This document shows positions 19,198 to 28,930 of a DNA stretch of 64,000 bases, in pieces (the first letter of the stretch is position 1; each line of letters starts with the position of its first letter). Source of the DNA: a virus. Its lineage: Duplodnaviria > Caudoviricetes. Where the stretch lies: the IMG/VR virus record IMGVR_UViG_3300028886_000042; one strand, given 5' to 3'. A program made the position numbers and the translations under genes. Under the pieces are notes generated by a model. That model had not been told where the DNA came from, did no database searches, and worked only from the letters and a program-made list of their open reading frames with translations.

Positions 19198-19896
19198 ATG
19201 TTATTCATGATGAAGTTATTTCTAAACGAGGAAAAATTAAACAGAATTATAAAGGAAAACTTAAGGAAAATCATTTCAGAATCCTTTAAATCAGACAGTT
19301 TAAGGAGTTGGTTTAAAGAACACGGCGGTGTAATGAACCGTTACGAAGGAGAAGAATATGATTATCTGAAGGATAAACGGGTTCGTCAGGACGGTTTGGG
19401 TGATGTCAGTGATGAAGATATATTATCAGTAAGGGAATTTGATGATTATAACGATGCTTGTAACTATTGTTGGAGTTTAAATCATCCTAAAAGCAAATAC
19501 GGTAACGGTAACCTGCCATTTGATAATAAAGCGTTATATACTGTTTACAGGGCAAAGGACGGGAGCAGTGTTGTAGTCGGTTTGGATAAAAACAAAGTTG
19601 AAACAACTACAACGTGGGGTGGTGAGATGACAAAGAAAACAGGAGATAGGATTTGGGCAAACGGATGGAATCCGAAAACGAGAAGTAACAGGTATGTTGA
19701 TGACAGTGACAGATATTATTATAGTAGAGACGGTCAGTATTTCGGTTTACACAATAATGATAATTTTCATGGAAAAATGCGGGGTAACCGGGATATAAAG
19801 TCAGCAATGGATGATGACGAATGGAACGATTACAGTAACAGGAGAGTTCAGCATATAAGAGATTATAAAAGAAACAAAATTAAAAAGCGTCCCTGA
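19198..19896 (+). CDS. Hypothetical late protein with (I/L)-x-E leader, possible internal head protein
   Basis: ATATTTATA at 19181-19189; MKLFLNEEKLNRIIKENLRKIISE. Confidence 0.65.
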   Translation: MLFMMKLFLNEEKLNRIIKENLRKIISESFKSDSLRSWFKEHGGVMNRYEGEEYDYLKDKRVRQDGLGDVSDEDILSVREFDDYNDACNYCWSLNHPKSKYGNGNLPFDNKALYTVYRAKDGSSVVVGLDKNKVETTTTWGGEMTKKTGDRIWANGWNPKTRSNRYVDDSDRYYYSRDGQYFGLHNNDNFHGKMRGNRDIKSAMDDDEWNDYSNRRVQHIRDYKRNKIKKRP

Positions 19897-19911
19897 TTTA
19901 AGGAACGCTTT
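19883..19911. terminator. Bidirectional terminator between convergent genes
   Basis: AAAGCGTCCCT-loop-AGGAACGCTTT. Confidence 0.6.
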
Positions 19912-19917
19912 ATTTGT

Positions 19918-20325
19918 TTATTGCTGGTTATTGTTCTTAGGTTTTACTGCTTCTTCTGCCGCTTTGTCAACTGTCTGCCAAATTTTCTTAAGCATAATAT
20001 AACTTGAAGAAGTCGGGTTATTTGCAAGTTTTGCGATACCTTTAAGTGCAAGTACCCTTATCTGGTCAACCAAAGGTTTTATTTCAGCATCGACTTCTGA
20101 TACATTCTGTGCTATCTTATCATCTTCCTCAGATTCGAACGGTGTACCTTGTGAATACATTTCCTCATCTTCCCCGTAATGTCCCCCTTCAGGTGGAAGT
20201 TGGTCAACATCTGCCATAGGGTCTGTATCTTCTCCGAACACAAGGCTTTCAACTGTAAGCGAAGGAGTTTTATCCCTCAGCATCAGTTTCATTTCTTCAA
20301 TAATATTATTTTTTTTATTTGACAT
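19918..20325 (-). CDS. Hypothetical acidic late protein
   Basis: Late motif at 20356-20363 on - strand; acidic linker. Confidence 0.7.
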   Translation of the reverse strand: MSNKKNNIIEEMKLMLRDKTPSLTVESLVFGEDTDPMADVDQLPPEGGHYGEDEEMYSQGTPFESEEDDKIAQNVSEVDAEIKPLVDQIRVLALKGIAKLANNPTSSSYIMLKKIWQTVDKAAEEAVKPKNNNQQ

Positions 20326-20434
20326 ATCTTTAAAAACGTTTTTAATTTATATATAATAAATATAGGATGAAATCTAAAAAATATGTAACATGGAAAAAGA
20401 ACAGTTTTTATAAAATACAGAAAATACACTACAT

Positions 20435-21001
20435 ATGAAACAGCCGGTAAAAGGTGGTAAGAAAATAAAAACTAAAAAAAGCAGTTATTCCAATAATCCA
20501 AGTCAATTTCGTAAGAGGAGACATAAGCAGGAATACGGCACTTCAAAGTTAGAGTGCGATTTTGCTCATGATTTTCTTGATAAGTTAGGACTGAAGTATG
20601 TTTATGAATATTGTGCAAAGGATATAAAAAGGTATTTTGATTTTGCTGTTACTGCTATAGAGAATTATCCCTACAAATATGTTCTGAAAGAGGGTATTAA
20701 CAGTATTGACCAAGATGCACAGTTATTCATACCTGATTTCATGATTGAGGTGGATGGTGATTATTTTCATTCAAATCCATTATTAGTTAAGGAAAGTGAA
20801 ATGAATCCTATGCAGAAACACAACAAGTTCGTAGATAAGTTAAAGGATGAATGGTGTGCCATGCATTGTATTCCGCTTTTAAGGATATGGGAGCATGACA
20901 TAAGGAACAATCCGAAGAAGGTCATGGACATGATTTGTGACTATTCACTTAAAGCGAGGAAAAAGCAGATAATTAAGGAAAATAAGAAAAAACCGCATTA
21001 A
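20435..21001 (+). CDS. Vsr/DUF559-like PD-(D/E)xK endonuclease
   Basis: TSKLE, YFDF, IEVDGDYFH, DKLKD, LLRIWEHDI. Confidence 0.75.
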   Translation: MKQPVKGGKKIKTKKSSYSNNPSQFRKRRHKQEYGTSKLECDFAHDFLDKLGLKYVYEYCAKDIKRYFDFAVTAIENYPYKYVLKEGINSIDQDAQLFIPDFMIEVDGDYFHSNPLLVKESEMNPMQKHNKFVDKLKDEWCAMHCIPLLRIWEHDIRNNPKKVMDMICDYSLKARKKQIIKENKKKPH

Positions 21002-21066
21002 CTCTTGAAAAGTATAACTAATGCCGAATATCTTAACTTATAAGAAATATTATTTGTTTAATAAAA

Positions 21067-21699
21067 ATGAGAGCTGTACTATATGTACCATACAGTAACG
21101 GTGATGCGAGAAACGGTTTCAAGTATGACAAGGAAATAAGTCAGAAGGACTATTCCAAGTTAATGGTTGACTATTATAACGAACATAAGGACGGTATTGA
21201 CACAGTATTCATGACAAAGGGTTTAGGCCGTAACATAGCGGTTAATCCGTTTATGAAGGAGAAGGTCAAGTATAATCAGCAGACGTTCTATTATCAGCCT
21301 GTTGAGGCAAAGGTTTTTGATATTGACGGAAGGGATGAGAAAATCGACGAGCTGATTCAGTTCTATAAAACCGGTGAACAGTTCATAGTTATTATAGCCT
21401 TGCTTAATCTTTCCTCTGCTGATGACAGCGGTGAACTTGAGAGTGATATAAAGGCATGGTCAAGCGAGAGCAACAAGATAAACCGGACGAACAGAATGAC
21501 AGAGGATGAGAAACTCAAGAGTCTGTCAAAGAAAAGTCTGAAATTAAGATTCAAGGATTCAAAGTCAAGCGCAATATTGAAAAACTGCAAGATGGTAGAA
21601 GTGTTTTCAAGGAACAAATTTGCATTCCTTGTTGAAAGTATTGACTTTATACAGGAGAAAAATACAGATAGTGATGAGCGAGAAGGAGAAAATAACTGA
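21067..21699 (+). CDS. Hypothetical protein
   Basis: 210-aa ORF. Confidence 0.7.
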   Translation: MRAVLYVPYSNGDARNGFKYDKEISQKDYSKLMVDYYNEHKDGIDTVFMTKGLGRNIAVNPFMKEKVKYNQQTFYYQPVEAKVFDIDGRDEKIDELIQFYKTGEQFIVIIALLNLSSADDSGELESDIKAWSSESNKINRTNRMTEDEKLKSLSKKSLKLRFKDSKSSAILKNCKMVEVFSRNKFAFLVESIDFIQEKNTDSDEREGENN

Positions 21700-21994
21700 C
21701 AATATTTCAGAACTGGTAAAAATCCTCAAAAAAGAGAAAACAGACCCGTTGGAGTTCGGTGTTATAAGAGAATTAAGGAAAACCGTAAAGAAAATAAAAG
21801 GAAAAAAGTCGGAAACATATCATATATGCAAGTCAGATACATTTTCAGAATTACTGTTTGAAATTTCTTCGTTTCTGATATATTTAATCGGTATATCCGA
21901 AAAAGAGGATATAACCTTTTCATATAAGGCGAATACAAAGAATGATGATGAGAAATATATATGCCCCGGTTTTGTTTTCCAATGGAAGGAATAG
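21674..21994 (+). CDS. Hypothetical protein (likely start MSEKEK at 21674)
   Basis: ORF overlapping the previous gene end. Confidence 0.55.
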   Translation: MSEKEKITDNISELVKILKKEKTDPLEFGVIRELRKTVKKIKGKKSETYHICKSDTFSELLFEISSFLIYLIGISEKEDITFSYKANTKNDDEKYICPGFVFQWKE

Positions 21995-22037
21995 TTTTAT
22001 AAAATAACCCCTAAAAAAGATATTTTTTCGTTATATA

Positions 22038-23555
22038 ATGGACATAACAGATAATGACAAAAAGTTAACTCCCGAAGAATTTTCAGACAGAAGGAAGAAG
22101 GAATTAGCCATTCTCAAAGCTTCTAATCAGATGCTGGAGGATGCAAAGAATAATCTTATATCACTGAATGAAGATGAGATTGACTTAAAGAAATATTCCG
22201 GTGTACAGGAACTGTCAAAAAACGACAAGATTTCTGCCATTGAGGAAGCACAGAAGTTCAACCTTGAAATGGGTAAACGACTGTACGGTGCATCTGAACA
22301 GGAGATAGATTCTGCAACTTATCACGGGCCGGATAAAATAACAGTCGAGAAGTATAAAAGAAGGCTTAAGATGAAGGGCCTTACGGATGAGCAGATACAT
22401 GAAAAGAAACTGACAAATGCAGTAAACGGCAAGGACTCTTCATATGACGGACTGATTGAAGATTATACAGGTACCGGTAAATCACAGAGACGTACGAGAA
22501 ATGTAAAAAAGGAAGAGGAAAACGAATATTCATACTACGAAGATAAGGCTCCTGAAATTACGTTGACTCAGGATAAAACGGTTGAAATGGCAAAACAGGA
22601 ACCTGTGAACATAAAGGAGGAAACAGATAAAATCAGTAATAATACGGATGACAAATCCTATAAGTTCGACATAAGCGACATACCTGACTATGTACAGTAT
22701 GATGTGATACCGTTACCTTCAAACGGAGAATGCTATCCACATAAGATTAACAGAATACCTGTTGCATATCTTACCGGTTCTGATGAGAATATCATTGCTT
22801 CACCTAATATGTACAGGGACGGTAAACTTATTGACGTGATACTTAAACGCAAGGTTCTTGACAGCAGGATAGACGTAGATGATTTGGTTGCAGGTGACAG
22901 GGATGCCATAACGTTATGGCTTAGGGCTACGGCATACGGGCCTGAGTTTCCCATTACGACAACGAATCCTTCAAGCGGAAAACAATACGATACAACTATT
23001 AACCTGTCCGATTTCAAATACAACAAGTTCGAATTAAAGGGTGATGAGAACGGATTATTTGAATATACGGTAGGCAAGAATGTACTGAAATTCAAGTTCC
23101 TTACAAAGAAGGATGAGGATGAACTGAGACAGGAACTGATGAAACAGATTTCAGACGGTGACAAACTGAATATTATCCGCAGTATCGATACTATAAGCGA
23201 TTCTCTGTCAAGAATCGATATTTCCGACAAGGACAGGGAATATATTAATGAGGATATTGAAGAAATAAGGAATGTTGTAAACTCATCAGTATCAGAAAAA
23301 GCGGATTCATATCCGAAAACGGTAACGGAAGGCATGATAAGGCATACAGTATCAATAAACGGAAATACTGACAGTGAATATATAAGGAATTTCATTGAGA
23401 ACATGAGAGCCGGAGATGCAAGGAAATACCGTGACTATATCATGAATAATAAACCGGGAGTAGATTTTACGATTAAGATAGAAGTACCTGAGAGCGATGG
23501 AGGTGGCTCTTTCACTACGTTTCTTGGACTCGACGATTCTATTTTCTATGTATAA
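22038..23555 (+). CDS. Baseplate hub/tail assembly protein (T4 gp26-like C-terminal half) with long charged N-terminal extension
   Basis: YDVIPLPSNG, YLTGSDENII, GDRDAITLWLRATAYG. Confidence 0.7.
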   Translation: MDITDNDKKLTPEEFSDRRKKELAILKASNQMLEDAKNNLISLNEDEIDLKKYSGVQELSKNDKISAIEEAQKFNLEMGKRLYGASEQEIDSATYHGPDKITVEKYKRRLKMKGLTDEQIHEKKLTNAVNGKDSSYDGLIEDYTGTGKSQRRTRNVKKEEENEYSYYEDKAPEITLTQDKTVEMAKQEPVNIKEETDKISNNTDDKSYKFDISDIPDYVQYDVIPLPSNGECYPHKINRIPVAYLTGSDENIIASPNMYRDGKLIDVILKRKVLDSRIDVDDLVAGDRDAITLWLRATAYGPEFPITTTNPSSGKQYDTTINLSDFKYNKFELKGDENGLFEYTVGKNVLKFKFLTKKDEDELRQELMKQISDGDKLNIIRSIDTISDSLSRIDISDKDREYINEDIEEIRNVVNSSVSEKADSYPKTVTEGMIRHTVSINGNTDSEYIRNFIENMRAGDARKYRDYIMNNKPGVDFTIKIEVPESDGGGSFTTFLGLDDSIFYV

Positions 23556-23733
23556 CGGATTTGAGAAAAATCTGAAGACAGAAATGTGGCTGTGCCATGA
23601 ACACATGAATCTCTCAATGAATGAAATCTACACTATGACAGTTGCAGACAGAAAATCATTCATAACGATTCATAACAGGGAAATCGAGAAACAAAAGGAA
23701 AAACTTAAGATAAGGAAGCCAAAAACAAAATAA
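23548..23733 (+). CDS. Small gp51-like baseplate assembly protein (start 23548 or 23584)
   Basis: LSMNEIYTMTVADRKSFI; follows gp26-like gene with ATGTATAA overlap. Confidence 0.55.
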   Translation: MYNGFEKNLKTEMWLCHEHMNLSMNEIYTMTVADRKSFITIHNREIEKQKEKLKIRKPKTK

Positions 23734-23748
23734 ATAAATTTGAGAATA

Positions 23749-23792
23749 ATAGTCTGAAACTGTACGTCAAATGTACTGTTTGGACTATTTAT
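23749..23792 (+). terminator. Hairpin whose 3' arm merges with a TATTTAT late motif
   Basis: ATAGTCTGAAAC...GTTTGGACTAT followed by TTATTTTT. Confidence 0.55.
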
Positions 23793-23806
23793 TTTTATAA
23801 AAAAAC

Positions 23807-24505
23807 ATGAAAGAAAAGTACGAGACAATTGAATTGCCAAGCAAGGGCGAATGCTATCCTGACAAGATTAGGGAGGTTCACGTAAAACCGCTTACAGCAA
23901 GCGATGAGAATATAATTACGTCACCTTTTTATAATATAAACGGGACAATGTCAAGTATTCTGCTCAGAAACAAGATAACTGACAGTAATGTGGACTGTGA
24001 CAGTCTGATAAGTGTTGACAGAGGCTATATACTCTTATGGCTCAGGAGAAACGGCTACGGTGATGAATACAGATACAAGGATGATGAGGGTAATGAAAGA
24101 ACAGTAGACCTGTCAAAGGTTAAGTTTGATGATTTCACTCTAAAGGGTGACAAAAACGGTTTTTTCGGACTTACTACTGAAAAGGGTGATGCCATAAAAT
24201 ACCGTATAGTCAATTACAGACAGGAAATAATACTCAACAACTCCATTTCTTTGATTAATAAGGAAGCAGAGAACAAGAAGGATATCACGGACATTGAGTA
24301 TTACATGATGATTTCAGGCGAAATCCTAAAACATCTGATAGTAACCGTAAACGGTAAGAAATATTTCAAGAAATGGCTGAAAAATTTGGATTTCGGATAT
24401 TGCAGACATATACTAAAACAGATACAGGACGGAATGCCTAAGTCAGATACACTGGGACTGAATCTGAACGAAGGTTTGTTTAACGATTTGGTTGACATTA
24501 ATTAG
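23807..24505 (+). CDS. Second gp26-like paralog
   Basis: IELPSKGECY, LTASDENII, DRGYILLWLRRNGYG. Confidence 0.7.
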   Translation: MKEKYETIELPSKGECYPDKIREVHVKPLTASDENIITSPFYNINGTMSSILLRNKITDSNVDCDSLISVDRGYILLWLRRNGYGDEYRYKDDEGNERTVDLSKVKFDDFTLKGDKNGFFGLTTEKGDAIKYRIVNYRQEIILNNSISLINKEAENKKDITDIEYYMMISGEILKHLIVTVNGKKYFKKWLKNLDFGYCRHILKQIQDGMPKSDTLGLNLNEGLFNDLVDIN

Positions 24506-24527
24506 AAAATATTATTTTTTATTATAA

Positions 24528-27500
24528 ATGGATTTGAATGGTTTGTTATCATCATTAGACAGGATTGCCAGTGTTATAGAAAATAAGGAAGGGCAGAAAA
24601 ACAGTGCTTTGGAAGAGTTTGCAAAAGCTTTAGGGATAAGCAGTGAGAATACTGATGCCGTTAGAAGCCTCATAGAACAGTATGAGGATAATGAGGAATA
24701 TATAGAGTCACTGAATACAACAATAGGTAAATTAGATAAAGAAATCGGAGACCTTGAAACTGCTATTAATAATGAAACTGATGCTACTAAGAAGGCAGAA
24801 AAGGAAAAATTAAAAGGGGACAAGGAGAGGTTAAAAAATACATATGAAGTAGAAAGAGGAAAGGCTGAAACTTCAAAGGGAAGTATTGTGAAAAAACTTT
24901 CCAATAAAGGTGTTAACGTAAGTAAAATTGGTGATGGAACAGCTGGTGATGCAAAAACAGCAAATAAAAATTTAAACGATAAATTAAACGCGATTTTCAA
25001 AGGAACCGGAAGTTCAATTGCGAAATTTGCAAGCAGTCCGTGGTTTAAAGCTGCTGACCTTGCTGTAAAGGCTATACAGTTTGCATTCGATAAATTTACA
25101 CAGTATGTACGTCTCGAAACTGAGAATATGCTACGTCTATTCACTGCCACAACAAGAGTTGAACTGAATAAGATGAAAGTCGGTCTCGAATCGTGGACAG
25201 ACGCTGTACAGGGTGCTTATTCTGCACAGGAACTTGCAATCGACAGTCAGATGGCTATGATTGAGGCTCAGAATGCCAACACAATGGCTAATCTTAAGAT
25301 GGCCCATACATGGACTAACTGGATTCCTATATGGAAGGAATACAATGCATATAGTGAGGCACAGTTGGAACGCGAGCAGAAGATGCAGGAAGCAAGAATG
25401 AAGTTCGCACAACAGGAGTTGAATTTATTCTTACAGTATTCTAAGAAAATAGACGATTACAGCAAGGAACAGGACAAATCGGTACATCAGTATCAGGTTG
25501 AAGTAGGTTTAACAGCAGTTCAGACAGAAGAATTCGAGAACAGGATGCTTGCATTAGGTGAATCATTCGGTAAATTGAATAAAACAATTGCTGATGCTAT
25601 AAAGATGCATTCACAGTTCATTGCAACCGCCGGTAGAAATGTAAATCTTACTAATGAAGAATATAAGAAGAACTTTGCAGTCGGAAGACTTGTCGGTGAA
25701 GACAACCTTATGAATTTCGAGGGGCAGATGAACATTTTCACTCAGTCTGTTTCTGATTCTGCCGAAATTATGTATGAAATGTACAACGATGCTAACAAGA
25801 TGGGTATTTCACAGAGGAAACTTGTATCTAATGTGTTAAATAACCTTAAGTTGGCTAACAAATATGACTTCAAAAACGGCATAAAGGGATTCATTGAATT
25901 GTCAAAATGGGCAGAAAATGCACGTTTTAACCTAAGTTCACTGGGAGGTGCTTTGGAGAAGGTGCAGAGCGGAGGTATTGAAGGCTTATTGAAGCAGTCA
26001 GCAGGCCTACAAGTATTAGGAGGCTCCTTTGCAATGGGTGCGAATCCGTTAGCTATGCTATATGAATCCTATAATTCACCTGAGGACTATGCAAAACGTA
26101 TTCAGAGTATGTTCAGTACCATGGGAAGTTTTAATAAGGAAACCGGGCAAACCACCTTCAATATGCAGGAACAGCAGCTTATACGTGCAGCATCAGAACA
26201 GTTAGGTATATCTGTTGAGGATGCTAAGGATATGGCACGTGGTGCAAGGCAAAAGGAAGTTGTCAAGCGTCAGATGGGCGGTTCACCTCTTAAAGAAGCA
26301 GACCGTGATACTGTTGCTAATATGGCACAGTTTGACAAGGAGAGAAAGGAATGGTATGTTACCATGCTTAACGGTCAAAGGAAGAATGTAGGACAGGTTA
26401 CCGAACGCGATTTAGGTTTAATACGTTCTAACAACAAGGAACGTGATGCAGTGAAATATGCTGAGAGCACATTGTCCGTTGCTGAGGAGATAGAGGCAAA
26501 TACAAAGCAAATCAGTGCCATGTTAGGTATGCTGACATTTGACAAGTTCAAGGATATGTCAAAAGAACAGACTAAGAATGTACTTAATGCATTTTCGAAA
26601 TATCAGGAGGAATTCTCAAAGACATATTCAAGGAATAAGGAAGATGCTAACAAGGAACAGTTAAAGGTACTTGAAGAAAGTATAGGCAAGGCCGGAGAAA
26701 AATATGACAATTACCAAAAAATAACAAAAGCAAATGGTAAAATAAATGATGAAACAGCTGCGGTAGCATGGAGAGGTAGTAATAAAGAGGATAAAGAGGC
26801 AGCGGAATACTTAAATAAAAATCCAAAAGCACGTAAAAAATTAACTGATAAAGAAAAAGAAATTTTATATGACCAAGAAATAAATGGTGGTAGATACTGG
26901 GTTGGTTCAAAAGATGATACTGATTATATTAAACAAAGACAAATTGATAAATTAGCATCATATACTAATAATGTAGGTAACAATACTATAGGTAGTGCTA
27001 TAGCTGGCAAAATTCTAAAATATATTGCAAAAAAATCACTAAATAATGAAGCCGAAGATGCTGTTGCTTCGTCAAACGGTACTTCAATGACTGTTGAGGC
27101 ACAGAATGTAACACCCATACATGATGGTTCTGTAAAGTTGGCAAAGACAGACCCGAAGGACAGTGCTATATTTGCAAAAACAGGCGGGCCTTTTGACAAG
27201 TTGTTTGACAATATTTTCAACAAAGTATCTCAGACTTATTCTTATATTACCAACTCTGACAATGGAATTTCTACTGTTGTGGACAGTTACAGTAATGATT
27301 ATGCAACGAACAGTGATTTTGTAAATTCGACAAACAGAACTGTTAACAACACTGAATATTCCATAAAATTTGACAAGGTAACTGACATATTAAAGGAAAT
27401 AAATTCAAAGATAGGAAGTGTAAGGCAGAACAGGGAAAGCAGTTACAGAAGTACTGTAAGGAATTTCAGCAAAAACATTTTTGAAAACATTTCACATCCT

Positions 27501-28874
27501 TTGGAGTATTTCAGAAATGTACTGACCGGTGGTGATACAAACAGTAATATTACAAGACAGAGGAACAATTACTATACATATAACGGAAGGGTACCGGTAA
27601 ATGGTAACAGAGGAAATCATATAGTATCTGAATACAATACTTCAATACTTAGCAGTGACAGGAATAATACGTCAAATACACTAAATAGAAACAGCACTGC
27701 AACAAGTTTATATAGAAGAAATAACAATGTCAACACTACTGTTAATTCAAAGAGAAGTGAAAATACGATAAACAGATATGACAGTAATACTTCCTTTGCG
27801 GGAGGTAATACATATAATTCAAACGCCCGTGGAGGTAATACAAGTAACAGATATGTATATTCACCATCTGTAGGTAATAGTACGGTAAGTTCAGTCAACA
27901 GAAATGAAAATGTAATAAACAGATATGACGGTAATACATCATTTACCGGTGGTGATACATATAATTCAAACAGCCGTGGCGTTAATGTAACAAGAAACTA
28001 TGCTTCATCAGTAGTAGGTGGTAATACCTATAATTCAAACATCAGGGGTGGAAGTTCCATTACAAGATATGGTAATACAACCGCTTCATCATTTACAGGC
28101 GGTGATACATATAATTCAAACAGTCGCGGAGGAAATGTTTACAGAAATTACACATCATCCTTTGTTGGCGGTAACACTGTAAACACAAACAGCAGAAGTG
28201 GAAGTTTCATTACAAGATATGGTGATGTATCAAGTTCATCGTTTACCGGTGGTAATATTTTTGTCAGAAAAAACATAAACGGAGGTGATATAATACGTTC
28301 GTTCTATGGAGGTAATACTTCATTTGCCGGTGGTAATACATATAATTCAAACAGCCGTGGAGGTAATGTAAACAACAGATACGGTGATTTAAGTACGAAT
28401 AACAGTACTGTAAGAAATTCCGAAAAGAATGTAAGTCAGGTTTCAGTTAACGGAGGGAACAGAAATTCGTATTCAAACAGTCTGTACAGTTCAAATCCCA
28501 TATCGATGTTATATGAGGCATTCAGTAATCCCGCTTCATTTACTGAAAAGATAGAAAATGCATACAGTAATTACAGGAAAACCGAAGTAAAGCCTAATGA
28601 GCCGGTAAGATATACTGAACCCATTACAAATGAAACGAAAGGTGAATACGCGGTAAATGTAATACCTGATAACATAAAGATGTCTGATATGAATATAAAC
28701 ATCAACGGAAAACTGATGCTTGAAGGACAGAACGGACAGAGTATTGACATAATGAACGAGATAAGGAACAATCCGATGCATATCAGGAGGATTGCAGAAA
28801 TGATTACATTGCAGTTCAACAACAACTCAAACGGGGGTCGTAATGAACTTTTCCATAACAGATATGCGGGTTAA
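24528..28874 (+). CDS. Tape measure protein-like, with N/S/G/T-rich repeat insertion
   Basis: Long helical A/E/K/Q-rich protein between gp26-like and baseplate genes. Confidence 0.7.
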   Translation: MDLNGLLSSLDRIASVIENKEGQKNSALEEFAKALGISSENTDAVRSLIEQYEDNEEYIESLNTTIGKLDKEIGDLETAINNETDATKKAEKEKLKGDKERLKNTYEVERGKAETSKGSIVKKLSNKGVNVSKIGDGTAGDAKTANKNLNDKLNAIFKGTGSSIAKFASSPWFKAADLAVKAIQFAFDKFTQYVRLETENMLRLFTATTRVELNKMKVGLESWTDAVQGAYSAQELAIDSQMAMIEAQNANTMANLKMAHTWTNWIPIWKEYNAYSEAQLEREQKMQEARMKFAQQELNLFLQYSKKIDDYSKEQDKSVHQYQVEVGLTAVQTEEFENRMLALGESFGKLNKTIADAIKMHSQFIATAGRNVNLTNEEYKKNFAVGRLVGEDNLMNFEGQMNIFTQSVSDSAEIMYEMYNDANKMGISQRKLVSNVLNNLKLANKYDFKNGIKGFIELSKWAENARFNLSSLGGALEKVQSGGIEGLLKQSAGLQVLGGSFAMGANPLAMLYESYNSPEDYAKRIQSMFSTMGSFNKETGQTTFNMQEQQLIRAASEQLGISVEDAKDMARGARQKEVVKRQMGGSPLKEADRDTVANMAQFDKERKEWYVTMLNGQRKNVGQVTERDLGLIRSNNKERDAVKYAESTLSVAEEIEANTKQISAMLGMLTFDKFKDMSKEQTKNVLNAFSKYQEEFSKTYSRNKEDANKEQLKVLEESIGKAGEKYDNYQKITKANGKINDETAAVAWRGSNKEDKEAAEYLNKNPKARKKLTDKEKEILYDQEINGGRYWVGSKDDTDYIKQRQIDKLASYTNNVGNNTIGSAIAGKILKYIAKKSLNNEAEDAVASSNGTSMTVEAQNVTPIHDGSVKLAKTDPKDSAIFAKTGGPFDKLFDNIFNKVSQTYSYITNSDNGISTVVDSYSNDYATNSDFVNSTNRTVNNTEYSIKFDKVTDILKEINSKIGSVRQNRESSYRSTVRNFSKNIFENISHPLEYFRNVLTGGDTNSNITRQRNNYYTYNGRVPVNGNRGNHIVSEYNTSILSSDRNNTSNTLNRNSTATSLYRRNNNVNTTVNSKRSENTINRYDSNTSFAGGNTYNSNARGGNTSNRYVYSPSVGNSTVSSVNRNENVINRYDGNTSFTGGDTYNSNSRGVNVTRNYASSVVGGNTYNSNIRGGSSITRYGNTTASSFTGGDTYNSNSRGGNVYRNYTSSFVGGNTVNTNSRSGSFITRYGDVSSSSFTGGNIFVRKNINGGDIIRSFYGGNTSFAGGNTYNSNSRGGNVNNRYGDLSTNNSTVRNSEKNVSQVSVNGGNRNSYSNSLYSSNPISMLYEAFSNPASFTEKIENAYSNYRKTEVKPNEPVRYTEPITNETKGEYAVNVIPDNIKMSDMNININGKLMLEGQNGQSIDIMNEIRNNPMHIRRIAEMITLQFNNNSNGGRNELFHNRYAG
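27760..28390 (+). repeat. Degenerate coding repeats (SFxGG[N/D]TYNSNxRGG)
   Basis: GGT(A/G)ATAC(A/C)TATAATTCAAAC at 27804, 27951, 28020, 28101, 28332. Confidence 0.85.
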
Positions 28875-28930
28875 CATTAGAAAAATTCAACTTTAGAATA
28901 TATATTAATATACAGTTTGGCTTTACGAAC

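Noticed and set aside
23530-23560. Programmed frameshift joining gp26-like and gp51-like ORFs
   Set aside because: No X XXY YYZ slippery site; an ATG at 23548 overlapping the stop explains it by translational coupling (not strictly excluded)
27760-28390. CRISPR-like array
   Set aside because: Repeats are in-frame, degenerate at wobble positions and irregularly spaced
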